The notes under the pieces: model-generated | The model's input: only the letters and a program-made list of their open reading frames with translations | Databases searched by the model: none | What the model was told of the DNA's origin: nothing | Position numbers and translations under genes: made by a program | Shown: positions 45,870 through 58,516 of the stretch, one piece after another | Position numbering within the stretch: position 1 is the stretch's first letter | How the letters are laid out: each line of letters opens with the position of its first letter | DNA from: Macrostomum lignano | Lineage: Eukaryota | Reading direction: 5' to 3' | NCBI GenBank assembly: GCA_002269645.1 | Contig: NIVC01000140.1 | Location: forward strand, 578,879-642,878 | Length of the DNA stretch: 64,000 bases

Positions 45870-46500
45870 CCTGATTTTGATCGACGAGACTCTGCCTGCT
45901 AGTGGGTGCATTCCCACGTCGAAGCATCTTTTGCGCCAGGCCTTAGGGCTGCGTCGACGGAAACCCAAATGCACCAATTTCTGCCTGAAGTGCCTCACTC
46001 GAGTGGATACAGCTGACACTGTCTGTGACAACTGCACAGCTTCACTGACGCCGGACAAGATCTGCACTGACGCAGCTTCAGTTGCGGATAGAGGCGGAAG
46101 GATTGCTCCAGAAAGCCATATTTCCCGCAGATCAGAAGTTCGAGCCTGGTTTTCTTGGACTTGGCTCTTCTGAAGGGTACTGGAAAATTTAAGACTTTCA
46201 TTTCTCTGGACTCCCGGCAGGCCCTGAGTGACGTTGTTTGGATTGACGGATTTCCGGTAAGTAAGGGGACTTTCTTAGTTGCAGTTTTGTCCCGTGTTCT
46301 CGATAGTTTTAAACGCTCTGACAAATTAATTACAGTCGGGAAATTCAACGCTTCATTTTATTTGCAACAGGCATTCCGCCATTCTGTCATGGAAATCTGT
46401 CCTGTGTACCTATCCGTCGTGGAGCTGCCGGACCGCCTGAAAGCCAACAGCGTGGTGACCTGCGGCTACTGGTGCTGAGCCTGGATGGAGTTGCATGCAG
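45870..46500 (+). pseudogene. Degenerate EnSpm/CACTA-like transposase fragment (host of the nested insertions)
   Basis: LILIDETLPASGCIPTSKHLLRQAL..CLKC..CDNC and ICPVYLSVVELPDRLKANSVVTCGYW resemble the CACTA 'LP.S.y.l.k...CxxC..CxxC' and 'WP+.l.i.ELP...R..N+++.GlW' blocks. Pattern recall only. Confidence 0.5.
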
Positions 46501-47239
46501 AAGAGGACGCGGCCCTGATGCGACTCAGGCCGGTGTAAACTGCAATTTTATTCTGGGGTCCAGCTGACAAACGGGAAGCCAAAGCCAAAGAGAGAGAATG
46601 TTTAAAAAAACTCCCGCCCTTACATTGTCCTGTAGCGCCACGCACATGCTCGCAGTGCGCCGTGCGGGACGTGAAGTTGCAGAAAACTGCGACCTCGCTG
46701 CAGGCTCTACAGGAAACAGATCTGGCAGCCTGAGATCTGACGGTTGACCGGTTGGCCAAAGAAAATGCGGAGCTGCTTCTCAAGGTTAGGAGCATGGAGC
46801 GCGAGCTGGACAAAATGCAGGCGGCACTAATTAAGGTGAGGCAGGCCCTACTGATGCACTAGAAATGAAACTACATACTCGTTCCAATTCTTAAAAACAC
46901 ACATCATCAAATGCCACTGCTTGCACAGGCCCAGCAGGACCGTGCCCGTACGAACGACGGAGTGATGCAGCAGCATCTGCCAATTCGCTGATGCAATAAA
47001 AGCTGCCGCAGTCGGAACACTGGCACAGTGGCAGTGACGGCGCTGGAGTCTCGCGACCTGACGAGGCAGGCGATCTAATGGCGGAGCTGCTGGCCGAGGA
47101 AACGCCGTCAGGTGCCGTTGCCACTGCCGCTGTTGCAACCGCCCGTTACCACTGCCCCGTAGATGCAATTGCAAAGTCCACTATCGCTCTGCAGCCTAAA
47201 ATTCAACCCCTTCTACGAGTACTACAGGTCAAGGCTCGC

Positions 47240-47560
47240 AGCTACTTAACGCTTATGTCCGCGGTGGAAACACACGGGGAGCGGAAAAGCGAGCATACCC
47301 AGATGCTTGTGCTCAGAGCGCTTCTCCGTGCTGTTTTCAGCGAGGAGGACTTGCGTACGAAGTCATTGACAGGCCGGTAAGGGACTGTGTAGCGGAGAAG
47401 ACCCTGGACGTGGGAAAATCATTTCTAGTTCGAATTGTAAAGGCCCACGTCCCTCATTCGCGACTGCAGTTGGCGTTTCGGCGGTTGCGCAGTGAACTGA
47501 TGAAAGCCAGGCGAGCTAACGACCAACGTGCCGAAGAGGAGCCAGACGACACGGAAGCTA
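47240..47560 (+). pseudogene. BEN-domain-like ORF remnant
   Basis: RALLRAVFSEEDLRTKSLTG...LD resembles the BEN consensus L...lFs.eeL...sltG....LD; interrupted by a stop/frameshift; preceded by a coiled-coil remnant. Confidence 0.5.
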
Positions 47561-50500
47561 ATCAGGGGAACGGATTTAAGGCAAAAATTAAACTAATCAT
47601 TAATTCAACAAGCATTTTAATTTTTCGGGAATATAAGCTTGTTGGGAATTTTTTCACATTTGTCACTAGTTCATTCAATGTAAAAGTTTTCTGTACTGCC
47701 TGTTCTGTTCTGTAAAAGCAGCATCAAATTCATACTCTTTGAAAACGGCGGAAAAGCGCGCTGAATCCCAAAAAAGGATGAAAAATCCTAATGGGTTAAA
47801 AATCATCGCTGTTATTGATGAGCTGCTGCGATTAAATGGAATATCTAGCAATGTCCCAATTCCACCAAGCAACGGCCTTTCTGGACAACGTGGCACCACG
47901 CCCGTCCCTGCGTTGCGTTTAATCCCTGCGTCCCTGCGGTGAAGTCCCACTGGTTGAGGCTTAGAAATAAAACTAAACTAAATAAAGCCGTTTCATTTTT
48001 TTCATTAAGACAAACCTTAGAGATTTAGTATATTGTGATGATTAGAGATTAGTACGAGTATTTTGTGAGTAAAAAAACGCCACGTTTTCAGCTTTTCTTT
48101 TTCGCTAGCTGTCTTTTTCTTTTAAAGTCGCCTGTCTGTGTGTTTGTGATAGTCGGTCGCCGCCTGGGTCATGCTAAGACTTGATACGGACCCGACGGTA
48201 GTAAGTTGGTTGATAGGGAAGGCGAGGCAGACGAGAGTAGGTTGAAGACAGGTAGCACTAGCAGTGAGACCGGAAAGGTTGGAGGTGAGACAAAAGACAA
48301 GAGCATGGCGAGTGCAACCACATCGGAAGGTGGAGAGATAGATATGGAGGGAGGTGGTCCACCATCGTCAGAGTGCGAGACTTCCCTTAGCCATCTTGCC
48401 AAGAAGTTAGCCGAAATCCATGACAGCACTAGCTTTCGAACCCCGAAAAACTTCTGTAGTGCATGCGCCCTTGTCGGTTTGCAGAGCGCGATGTACTTTG
48501 AGGTTGGCTAGGGGGTTGGCGGGCGTGGCAGGGTCTGGCCGGCGGCCCAACTTTGCGGGTGCCCCTCCCCAGCCGTGCCCCCTGCCCGTGCTCAGGGCTG
48601 GTTAGCTGCGGCCGGGCCGGTTTTGGCGCGGGTGCTGCCCCCCCCCCCAGAGGCGGGGTTTTGATTGGCTGGCGCGGCCCATCTCTATTTCTCTGGTTTG
48701 CTCGTTTTGGCCACTGGTAAGCCGCCTGCTTAAGTTCACTAATTTCTGGGGAGCTTGTTGGGCTGCAGGGAGTTCTTGCCAGAGCGTCATAACGCCGGGA
48801 GAGCATATAGCTCGTACTAAACGGTACCTCTACTTTATACTGTATCCCCACTGTATAAGCACTCGAGAGTATAACCACACTTCTGGTCTGGTCTGTCTGG
48901 TCTGTCTGGTCTGTCTGGTCTGTCTAGTCTGTCTGGTCTGGTCTCTCTGGTCTGTCTAGTCTGTCTCGTCTGTCTGGTCTGGTCTCTCTGGTCTGTCTGT
49001 CTGAAACTCGTTAAAAAATTCTTAAGATAATTAAATTTTTAGTTAAATTATTTTTCTTGGTGCCCGACTGCACCTGGCCCAAAATCTCTTGGTCAAAAAC
49101 CTCGAAATTTTCCAGGGCGTCTCAATTGATTAGAGAAACGTGCGAAATTTAACAGTCCCAGACTACTACTGTTCCCATAAAATTTGAAACAGTGAGACAA
49201 GGCCTCCTGCAGAGCAGGCCCATAGAAATTTTCTGATGCCCAAACTAATATTGGATTTTAGAGGAATAACACATACCGTACGGGCCTAATTTTGCGCTAG
49301 ATTCCTAAATATTTACACGTTGCTAATTGAGCGCAGGGCTACTACATAAAACTGAACATTATGGAAACGCTTGCGTAATAAATAAGCGAAAATCGGTATC
49401 CTACGGGCCAACAAGCGCAAAATTCGATACGCTAAGCGGGAGGGAATTAAGCAATCACGGTCAAATGGTCAGTCCACCACTCAGCGGGGGTTAAAAGGGA
49501 GACTGACTAGTAAATAGACCTTCTCGGTTCTGTAATCGATGATTGCGTGAGTGCCAGCTAGAAAAGCTGACGGCCTGCGTGTGAAAACATTCAAGGCTTA
49601 TTTCTGAAAGTCATTTACTTACAATCTATTGTTACTATGGTTGAAGGTTACAGTTGAGGGACTTTCTGTTCATAGATTTTCCAATAATTGCTTGTGTTGT
49701 TAACCTTTGAAATTCGTCGAGATTTGTTACTATTTGGCTATGACGCTTTCACTCTGCTAGTGTCCTATCACATTGTCTGCTCAACTTTGGCAATACTAAT
49801 TGCTTAAATGGCTTTCGACAAGCATAAAGGTCAAAGGTCAAACGCTGTTGTTATGTCATGCACGCGCACATGGAGATCGATATTTATGCATACACAAGAG
49901 TCAAATATAGACTTCCAAGATTGAAAACGAAATTAAAATCGCCTCCCTATACGCAATCATAATTTGTGTTAACTTCCTGCTAAATCCCTGTAATTTGATT
50001 TGCTGCTTAACATACGGCGGCAACAATGGAAAGTACGTACTGTTGGTATTTAGAGTGTTACATCAATTAACCTCCTAATCCTAACAAATTCGTGGCTCTT
50101 GTCAATGTAGGTTGCGTTTAGTAGATTCACACCAATATAGTTTCATTGTTTGCGCAACGCTTGGTTACTTGACAGTTAAATTAACGTTGCCACCGTTTAA
50201 TACTGCCTTATTTTCAGAGATATTTACATGAGGCATAGACGACAGCCAGCCCGTACACTGACTCACTATTAGCGGCGGGTTGTGTGGGGTTAGGGGCATA
50301 ATATATAGAGGATTTGAGTTGACTTTAAGTCCGCATATACAAATAATATACTATCTTCGACCTATACTGAATATAAAACTATTTTAAATTAATAGCAACA
50401 ATGAACAAACCTGTTCGCCGCGTAATAAAAAAGAAAATTATTAAATTCGTCCTGTACAGAGGCCAGGGAAGCCGAGAGCCGGTCCATCTTACCCCTAAAA

Positions 50501-52129
50501 ACTATCGGGAGAAAGTAGTCAATCAACGACTCTAAATTTGGTCCAATATCGAAGAAGCAGGCGACTCGACTCGCACCAGAAATGGTGAACTTCTGGAAAT
50601 GCCTTTTTCAAGAGGCCAGGATAAACGCTAAACATGGCTAAGCCATACATGGCTAACTGACGATACTTCGGCGCTGAGCTTCGATCTGCGTTTTTTGGTA
50701 AGTCCCGTCACCAGATAACTCATTTGGATCAATGGCTAGATTTTAGGATTAAGATGCCCGTCCGCCTTAGTTTTTACCACTAAGAAAAAACAAGCAATCA
50801 TAGAATGTCTTGACAAGTTTTGTCTCCGTGCCCGGACAACTACAAAAAACATCAGCCATCTACAATTTTGAAACCAAACGCCCCTTATTTATTCACTTAG
50901 AAAAGACGCTATATGATAAAATGTATAAGTCTCCCAAAATATAGTGACGCCCTGCTTCCCAGATTCTACCCATCTAGGGGGGGGGGCAAATACGAATGAC
51001 TGCTTCCAACTCTTATCTAACACGCGGCCCGCCTCTGCTATCTTTACTCCCTGCAGAGTTCTCATGGCCTACGGCGCCAGGAACGCCGTCTCTTCAGGCC
51101 AGTGACTGGGCCATCTGGCCATCGCCCAATGGGCCATCGGAGCCGTCGAAGCCGTCGCAGCCGTCAGAAGACCATGAAATTCGTGTCGCAGTATGATGTA
51201 TATATAATGTATAATGTATAATATATAATGTATATCCTCGTTTGCTTATTATTTCATTAATCATTTTCGATTTAATCATTTTATTAATCATTTTTATTAT
51301 AAAATATACTTATATCGCATCATATTTTAGCTGTTTAGCCTGTAGAATTATACATGTATGAACATGCGATCATGCTTATGCCTGTATATTGTTTTCTTTT
51401 CTTGTCCAATTGTTGAATCTAGCTGTATGAATTGATTGTCGAAATTAAGAAGACCATGAAAATCGTGTCGCAGTTTTTGCCTTCTAATCTCTTTTTCAAG
51501 CGTGTTTAGTATACACAGGAACTGCTGGCTACTCAGTAAGAAATTTATTAATTTTTCTAAGAAATTTAAATGGTAAGTAGCGTGCGGTAAGGCTGATTGA
51601 TGATACTCTTTATTAGGATTTAAAGTTTAAGTTATTGGTGCAGCTAAACGATATTTATCTGGTGAGATACAGACTCAATCTTGATGAGTACAGACTACAC
51701 TGATCGATATTGGTGAATTTTATTTAGGTCATTAATGGGTTAGCTTGTGCAGAAAAAACAGACAGCGGCTTTACATCTGAAAATATGATTTGTCAAGAAT
51801 TCAAACTCACAAGTTTTGGACATTAACAATATTAATTTTTACTACAAATTTTACTAAGATACAAACATCCACTTATATATTAATACTTGCAGTAGCAAAA
51901 CTGCATGTCAATTTTAGCGATCCCCACAAAATTCTAATTGAGGGTAGCTGGCGGGGTTTGATGCTGGCTGCATAACCGTCATAGTGCCGCACAATTGAGT
52001 ACAATTGAGTACAAATTTATAAATTTTTGTGCAGCCAAAGTGTGAGCGAGCTGGCTACCTCATGAGCTGAGCTGCGCAACTCATGGAAATTGTACTCATG
52101 GCAACTCACCATTAGGGTTAACTAAGACA

Positions 52130-54815
52130 GACAGAAAAGTGAGCTCCATAACCCTGAGAACGCTTTTCGAGTCCCTGAGAACGCTTTTTGAGTCCCTGAG
52201 AACGCTTTTAAGGCCGTTAGAGCGGCTCAAACTAAAAACAGAAAAGTGAGCTCCATAACCTTGAGAGCGCTTTTTGAGTCCCTGAGAACGCTTTTTGAGT
52301 CCCTGAGAACGCTTTTTGCTTTTTGAGTCCCTGAGAACGCTTTTTGAGTACCTGAGAACGCTTTTAAGGCCGTTAGAGCGGCTCAAACTAAATACAGAAA
52401 AGTGAGCTCCATAACCCTGAGAACGCTTTTTGAGTCCCTGAGAACGCTTTTTGAGGCCGTTAGAGCTGCTCAAACTAAAAACAGAAAAGTGAGCTCCATA
52501 ACCTTGAGAGCGCTTTTTGAGTCCCTGAGAACGCTTTTTGAGTCCCTGAGAACGCTTTTTGAGTCCCTGAGAACGCTTTTTGAGTCCCTGAGAACGGCTT
52601 TTTGAGTCCCTGAGAACGCTTTTTGAGTCCCTGAGAACGCTTTTTTGAGTCCCTGAGAACGCTTTTTGAGTCCCTGAGAACGCATTTTGAGTCCCTGAAA
52701 ACGCTTTTTGAGTCCCTGAGAACGCTTTTTGAGTCCCTGAGAACGCTTTTTGAGGCCGTTAGAGCTGCTCAAACTAAATACAGAAAAGTGAGCTCCATAA
52801 CCCTGAGAACGCTTTTTGAGTCCCTGAGAACGCTTTTTGAGGCCGTTAGAGCTGCTCAAACTTCAGAAAAGTGAGCTCCATAACCTTGAGAGCGCTTTTT
52901 GAGTCCCTGAGAACGCTTTTTGAGTCCCTGAGAACGCTTTTTGAGTCCCTGAGAACGGCTTTTTGAGTCCCTGAGAACGCTTTTTGAGTCCCTGAGAACG
53001 CTTTTTGAGTCCCTGAGAACGGCTTTTTGAGTCCCTGAGAACGCTTTTTGAGTCCCTGAGAACGCTTTTTTGAGTCCCTGAGAACGCTTTTTGAGTCCCT
53101 GAGAACGCATTTTGAGTCCCTGAAAACGCTTTTTGAGTCCCTGAGAACGCTTTTTGAGTCCCTGAGAACGCTTTTTGAGGCCGTTAGAGCGGCTCAAACT
53201 AAATACAGAAAAGTGAGCTCCATAACCCTGAGAACGCTTTTTGAGTCCCTGAGAACGCTTTTTGAGGCCGTTAGAGCTGCTCAAACTTCAGAAAAGTGAG
53301 CTCCATAACCTTGAGAGCGCTTTTTGAGTCCCTGAGAACGCTTTTTGAGTTCCTGAGAACGCTTTTTGAGTCCCTGAGAACGCTTTTTGAGTCCCTGAGA
53401 ACGCTTTCTGAGTCCCTGAGAACGCTTTTTGAGGCCGTTAGAGCGGCTCAAACTAAATACAGAAAAGTGAGCTCCATAACCCTGAGAACGCTTTTTGAGT
53501 CCCTGAGAACGCTTTTTGAGTCCCTGAGAACGGCTTTTTGAGTCCCTGAGAACGCTTTTTGAGTCCCTGAGAACGCTTTTTGAGGCCGTTAGAGCTGCTC
53601 AAACTAAAAACAGAAAAGTGAGCTCCATAACCTTGAGAGCGCTTTTTGAGTCCCTGAGAACGCTTTTTGCTTTTTGAGTCCCTGAGAACGCTTTTTGAGT
53701 CCCTGAGAACGCTTTTTGAGTCCCTGAGAACGTTTTTAATGCCGTTAGAGCGGCTCAAACTAAATACAGAAAAGTGAGCTCCATAACCCTGAGAACGCTT
53801 TTTGAGTCCCTGAGAACGCTTTTTGAGGCCGTTAGAGCTGCTCAAACTAAAAACAGAAAAGTGAGCTCCATCACCTTGAGAGCGCTTTTTGAGTCCCTGA
53901 GAACGCTTTTTGAGTCCCTGAGAACGCTTTTTGAGTCCCTGAAAACGCTTTTTGAGTCCCTGAGAACGCTTTTTGAGTCCCTGAGAACGCTTTTTGAGTC
54001 CCTGAGAACGCTTTTTGAGTCCCTGAGAACGTTTTTAATGCCGTTAGAGCGGCTCAAACTAAATACAGAAAAGTGAGCTCCATAACCCTGAGAACGCTTT
54101 TTGAGTCCCTGAGAACGCTTTTTGAGGCCGTTAGAGCTGCTCAAACTAAAAACAGAAAAGTGAGCTCCATAACCTTGAGAGCGCTTTTTGAGTCCCTGAG
54201 AACGCTTTTTGAGTCCCTGAGAACGCTTTTTGAGTCCCTGAGAACGGCTTTTTGAGTCCCTGAGAACGCTTTTTGCTTTTTGAGTCCCTGAGAACGCTTT
54301 TTGAGTCCCTGAGAACGCTTTTTGAGTCCCTGAGAACGCTTTTTGAGGCCGTTAGAGCTGCTCAAACTAAATACAGAAAAGTGAGCTCCATAACCCTGAG
54401 AACGCTTTTTGAGTCCCTGAGAACGCTTTTTGAGGCCGTTAGAGCTGCTCAAACTAAAAACAGAGAAGTGAGCTCCATCACCTTGAGAGCGCTTTTTGAG
54501 TCCCTGAGAACGCTTTTTGAGTCCCTGAGAACGCTTTTTGAGTCCCTGAAAACGCTTTTTGAGTCCCTGAGAACGCTTTTTGAGTACCTGAGAACGCTTT
54601 TAAGGCCGTTAGAGCTGCTCAAACTAAAAACAGAGAAGTGAGCTCCATCACCTTGAGAGCGCTTTTTGAGTCCCTGAGAACGCTTTTTTAGTCCCTGAAA
54701 ACGCTTTTTGAGTCCTTGAGAACGCTTTTTGAGTCCCTGAGAACGCTTTTTGAGTCCCTGAGAACGCTTTTTGAGTCCCTGAGAACACTTTTAAGGCCGT
54801 TAGAGCGGCTCAAAC
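52130..54815. repeat. Two-level satellite: 21-bp monomers (GAGTCCCTGAGAACGCTTTTT) punctuated by a recurring ~50-bp cassette
   Basis: Cassette GGCCGTTAGAGCKGCTCAAACTAAAWACAGAAAAGTGAGCTCCATAACC recurs between variable monomer runs. Confidence 0.95.
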
Positions 54816-55084
54816 TTTTTGACTTGCTGCACTAGCATGCACTATGCTTTCCTAATTTCTTACACCCTGGGATGTTCTCCATCCCATTCCCATTTCATTA
54901 GTTTTTATCTAATGTGCCTAGTGCTTTTAGTGCAGGGGTCAGCAAACTTGTTACCTCAGTCATCAAGGGCCGAATTGAGAACCCAGCTCATGACTGCCCT
55001 TCTGGGTCCGCTTCGCTGGGTCCCTTAAGCGAAGCGGGCCCAGTAGTCCTGATGACTGCAGACGAGGGAGACAGGATAAGGAAT

Positions 55085-55330
55085 AGAGAATAAATATGAG
55101 CATAGGTGAAAGGAGGCGAAGAAATAAAGGAGAAGATAGTAGGCGAGATGAGAGATGAAAAAGGATAGGGTTGAGAGAAGGGAGATGAATGAGGAGAGAG
55201 GAGAGAAGGGAGGAAAATGGAGATGAGAGGAAGGGAAAGAGGTGAGGATATGAGATGAGATGAGAGAGGAGAGGAAAGAGAAGAGGAGAGAGGAGAAGAG
55301 ATGAAAGGAGATGAAAGAGGAGAGGAGCAT
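55085..55330. repeat. Polypurine (GA-rich) low-complexity tract
   Basis: Directly visible. Confidence 0.85.
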
Positions 55331-56811
55331 TTTCACACTTTTTATTACTACTTTCAACACAATTGAATATTGGCCTGGTTGTCACAATGTCACAAACTGA
55401 CATCATAACAGCAAGAGTTAGGGTGCCCTTAGATTAAAAAAATAATGTGCGAAGTGCCCCCCCACCAATAGCCCTCCTTTGAAAAATGTTCCAACACTGC
55501 TGTCTATGTATGACTCTATGTTAAAAGCCCAGTCATCCGGTGGTATTAACTGGTTTAATCTTTCATTTTCTGCTTTTCATTGTCAGAAGGGGGATTAGTA
55601 GTATAGGAAAAGTAGGTTTGAGCGCAACCCATTTTGAAAAATCACAAAAAACAGATAAAAATCGACTAAAAACAGGTGAAAATTGTCTGAAAACAGTGAT
55701 TTTAGTGATTTTTCAAAAGTTTCGAAAAATTGCTTTTTGCGCGATTTCGTGAGTAAAACCACAAGAAATTTTTGATTCGTGGGTTAAAATAACCTATTTT
55801 CAGGTTTCATCATTTCAAAACTAGCATCAAATTTAATAATAGTCTTTTCTCCCATTGCATAACGCCCTTCAATAAGCCAATCTTACTAGCTTTGCTTTTA
55901 ACGATCAGTCAGCTACCATCTATGCATAAAAATTGTCCACTCGAGGCATACAATGCTTCTACAAAAGTCAATAATTTGCTCCTGCACATTCGCTTTGTCC
56001 CGAGGCTTTGAAATGGCTTTAATGCTGTTCTAGATTTGTACTTAAAGATAATAGAAGACATTCAAGAACATGGAGCGCTAATTTAAATTTTTCGTGGCAT
56101 GCATACTCGACTACTAGAGCACTAACCGCAGCACTCAACATTTCTATTGGCTGCCAAAATTTCTGCCAAAACCAAAATTTTTGCCAAAATTTCTGCCAAA
56201 AAGTGTTTGGTTTTGGCATCCAATAGGAGTGGCTCGTGCAAATCTTTTGTGTTCACCCTCTATCTAGCTGTAAAAAAAGACATGAAGTGGGCCACGCAAG
56301 TTACAAACGAACAATGCTCGCGACCCTACCTACGGACGATTTCACTAACCCTTTTCTAAATTATGTATCTTAAAAATGGAACAAATAGCAGGAGAAATTC
56401 TCCTCAAAGCAATTTTTATATTGTGACTCAGCTTTAACGTCGTGCGAAACCCACACTGAGTGAAGCGTATGGTCAAATAGGCTCTCGCAGGAACTCTAAA
56501 AATTGGTCAAGGACAGCTTCCATTACACAAAGTTAAATTTAATTCACGTAAATCAAAATTGCTATAATGAAAATTAATTATAAAAAATTAAAAAAGATAA
56601 CAGCTCCTTAAAATCCGTTCTTAGGATACACTTCGCATAACTTATGCAAATAATAACAATGGTTTTGTATTTTAAATATTAAAGTAGTGATTATTAAAAC
56701 AGTAACAAAAAGTCCTCAAACGCCTATGAAGAACAAAATTAAAACATTAGAGCAATTTATTAATATTGACAAATTAGTCCATGATCGCCACAAGTCATCA
56801 ATCATCTAGTT

Positions 56812-57393
56812 TTAGTTAGCTGATGAAGCAGCAGTACCTCGGTTGTCAGCAGTGCCTCGGTTGTCAGCAGTGCCTCGGATGTCAGCAGTGCCTTGGATGT
56901 CAGCAGTGCCTCGGTTGTCAGCAGTGCCTCGGTTGTCAGCAGTGCCTCGGTTGTCAGCAGTGCCTTGGATGTCAGCAGTGCCTTGGATGTCAGCAGTGCC
57001 TTGGATGTCAGCAGTGCCTTGGATGTCAGCAGTGCCTTGGATGTCAGCAGTGCCTCGGTTGTCAGCAGCGATCTCATAGGGTGGTGGAAGGCTATCATCT
57101 TCAGTATCCAAATCACCAATCGCTTGCATGGCTTGAGCTTGGTTTTGATAGGATAGTGCAATAGCTTGCATGCTTTTTCTTTTTGCCACATTTTCCTTCA
57201 GAAGCTTCAGGAGCTTATCCTCCTCCGTAAAGGACTTGAATGTATCTAAACCTTGTAGCTTATTGATTAGTCTCTCAGAACCTAGATCTGCAAATATAGT
57301 TAATGGCATGAGCCTTCGAATCTTTTGCTTTGTGAGTTCGAATTCCTTTCGATGATCCCTATATCTCTTGCGAAGTTCCTTTTCGGATGGCAT
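56812..57393 (-). CDS. Hypothetical Polinton accessory protein with coiled coil, PPPY motif and 6-aa repeats
   Basis: 193-aa ATG ORF; SLPPPYE followed by ~13 GTAD(I/N)(Q/R) units (18-bp repeat, 56830-57070). Confidence 0.6.
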   Translation of the reverse strand: MPSEKELRKRYRDHRKEFELTKQKIRRLMPLTIFADLGSERLINKLQGLDTFKSFTEEDKLLKLLKENVAKRKSMQAIALSYQNQAQAMQAIGDLDTEDDSLPPPYEIAADNRGTADIQGTADIQGTADIQGTADIQGTADIQGTADNRGTADNRGTADNRGTADIQGTADIRGTADNRGTADNRGTAASSAN

Positions 57394-58105
57394 GTCTATT
57401 AAAGCTTTTTATTGTTGCAATGAATTTGGAGAGAATTATCAGCCATCTTTCCAAATTCATTCCTGTATTAATATTATGTGAAAATACAAAAGCAGCGCAT
57501 AACCTCAATTCTCATTGGTATCTCATTGATGACAACCAATGAGAAAGCGACACCGGGTGAATGGAATGCAACTTTGCAGGCTCATGCCAGATGCAGAAAA
57601 AATTCTATCCACATGAGTCAGAATTGTAGTTACTTGAGATGCATGGCATCGCACTGCACAATGCACACTGAAAGAAACTATGTTCCTTTTTTCTTTAAAG
57701 CAGAATGACTCAACATTCTTTCTAGCTTTTCGCATCAAGAATGAAGCAAAGCAACTAACCTAACCCTAACAGTTTAGCAGTTGAGTCAATAAGAATTTAT
57801 TGTTCCTTTATCAATAGGTTTTGAATATCAGCATGCTGCAGCAGGAATTGAGCACCTCTTAAACCCCAACTCTAAAGCACGGCCATGGCAGTTTTTTCTC
57901 TATTTTCATGACTCAGTGCGCATGTAAGAAGTCGCTTAGGTGGCTTGATAAAAACCCGCTTTAGTTTTGGAAGCAATACAACACACGTTTATCAGACAGA
58001 CTAAAGCAAACAGAGTGAACATATAAATCACACAACTCAGCAACAACGAAAAGGTAAGAAATAAGAGTTTTGTTCTTGTGTTGATTTTGATACTAAATAG
58101 TTATA

Positions 58106-58480
58106 ATGCCCTACATTTTAGAATCCCGTATGGAGGCAGCAATGGCATCATTCGAATCCGACCTCGATAGTCTTATCAAGGAGATTTTTTGTAGTGGGGA
58201 TTTAAAGCATTGTAAGAAATGGATAGGAGAATATAACAAGGTTGCTAGAAAATTTAATAGGAAGAAGTTTGCTATTCCAACTTTTCGAGGTAGATTGGAG
58301 AGAGTGGACAAGACAAAGGAACGAATAGCAGAAGCTGCTAAAATACTGCGGGATTCGATGGAGCATCAAGAGCCGGGAGAGATTAATGAATTTATGGACG
58401 GAGAGTATCAATTTCAGGATGCAATTACAGAACTTAATTCCATTGATAAAATGATAAACGAGCTACAGTGCCGGGGCTAG
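58106..58480 (+). CDS. Hypothetical protein (Polinton accessory)
   Basis: 124-aa ATG ORF with non-repetitive, protein-like composition; no recognisable family. Confidence 0.5.
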   Translation: MPYILESRMEAAMASFESDLDSLIKEIFCSGDLKHCKKWIGEYNKVARKFNRKKFAIPTFRGRLERVDKTKERIAEAAKILRDSMEHQEPGEINEFMDGEYQFQDAITELNSIDKMINELQCRG

Positions 58481-58516
58481 CAGTATGGAATTAAGTCTGG
58501 TCAGATATTAATAAGA

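Noticed and set aside
48100-48880. GC-rich CCAAT-containing segment and 101-aa ORF, possibly LTR or gag-like
   Set aside because: No TG..CA pair, PBS or recognisable protein motif could be established.
52130-54815. CRISPR-like repeat/spacer appearance
   Set aside because: The 'spacers' are repeated near-identical sequences, there are no cas genes, and the context is eukaryotic; it is a satellite.
54933-54950. CAGGGGTCAGCAAAC hAT/Charlie-like TIR
   Set aside because: No partner inverted end or 8-bp TSD found, so not annotated as an element.
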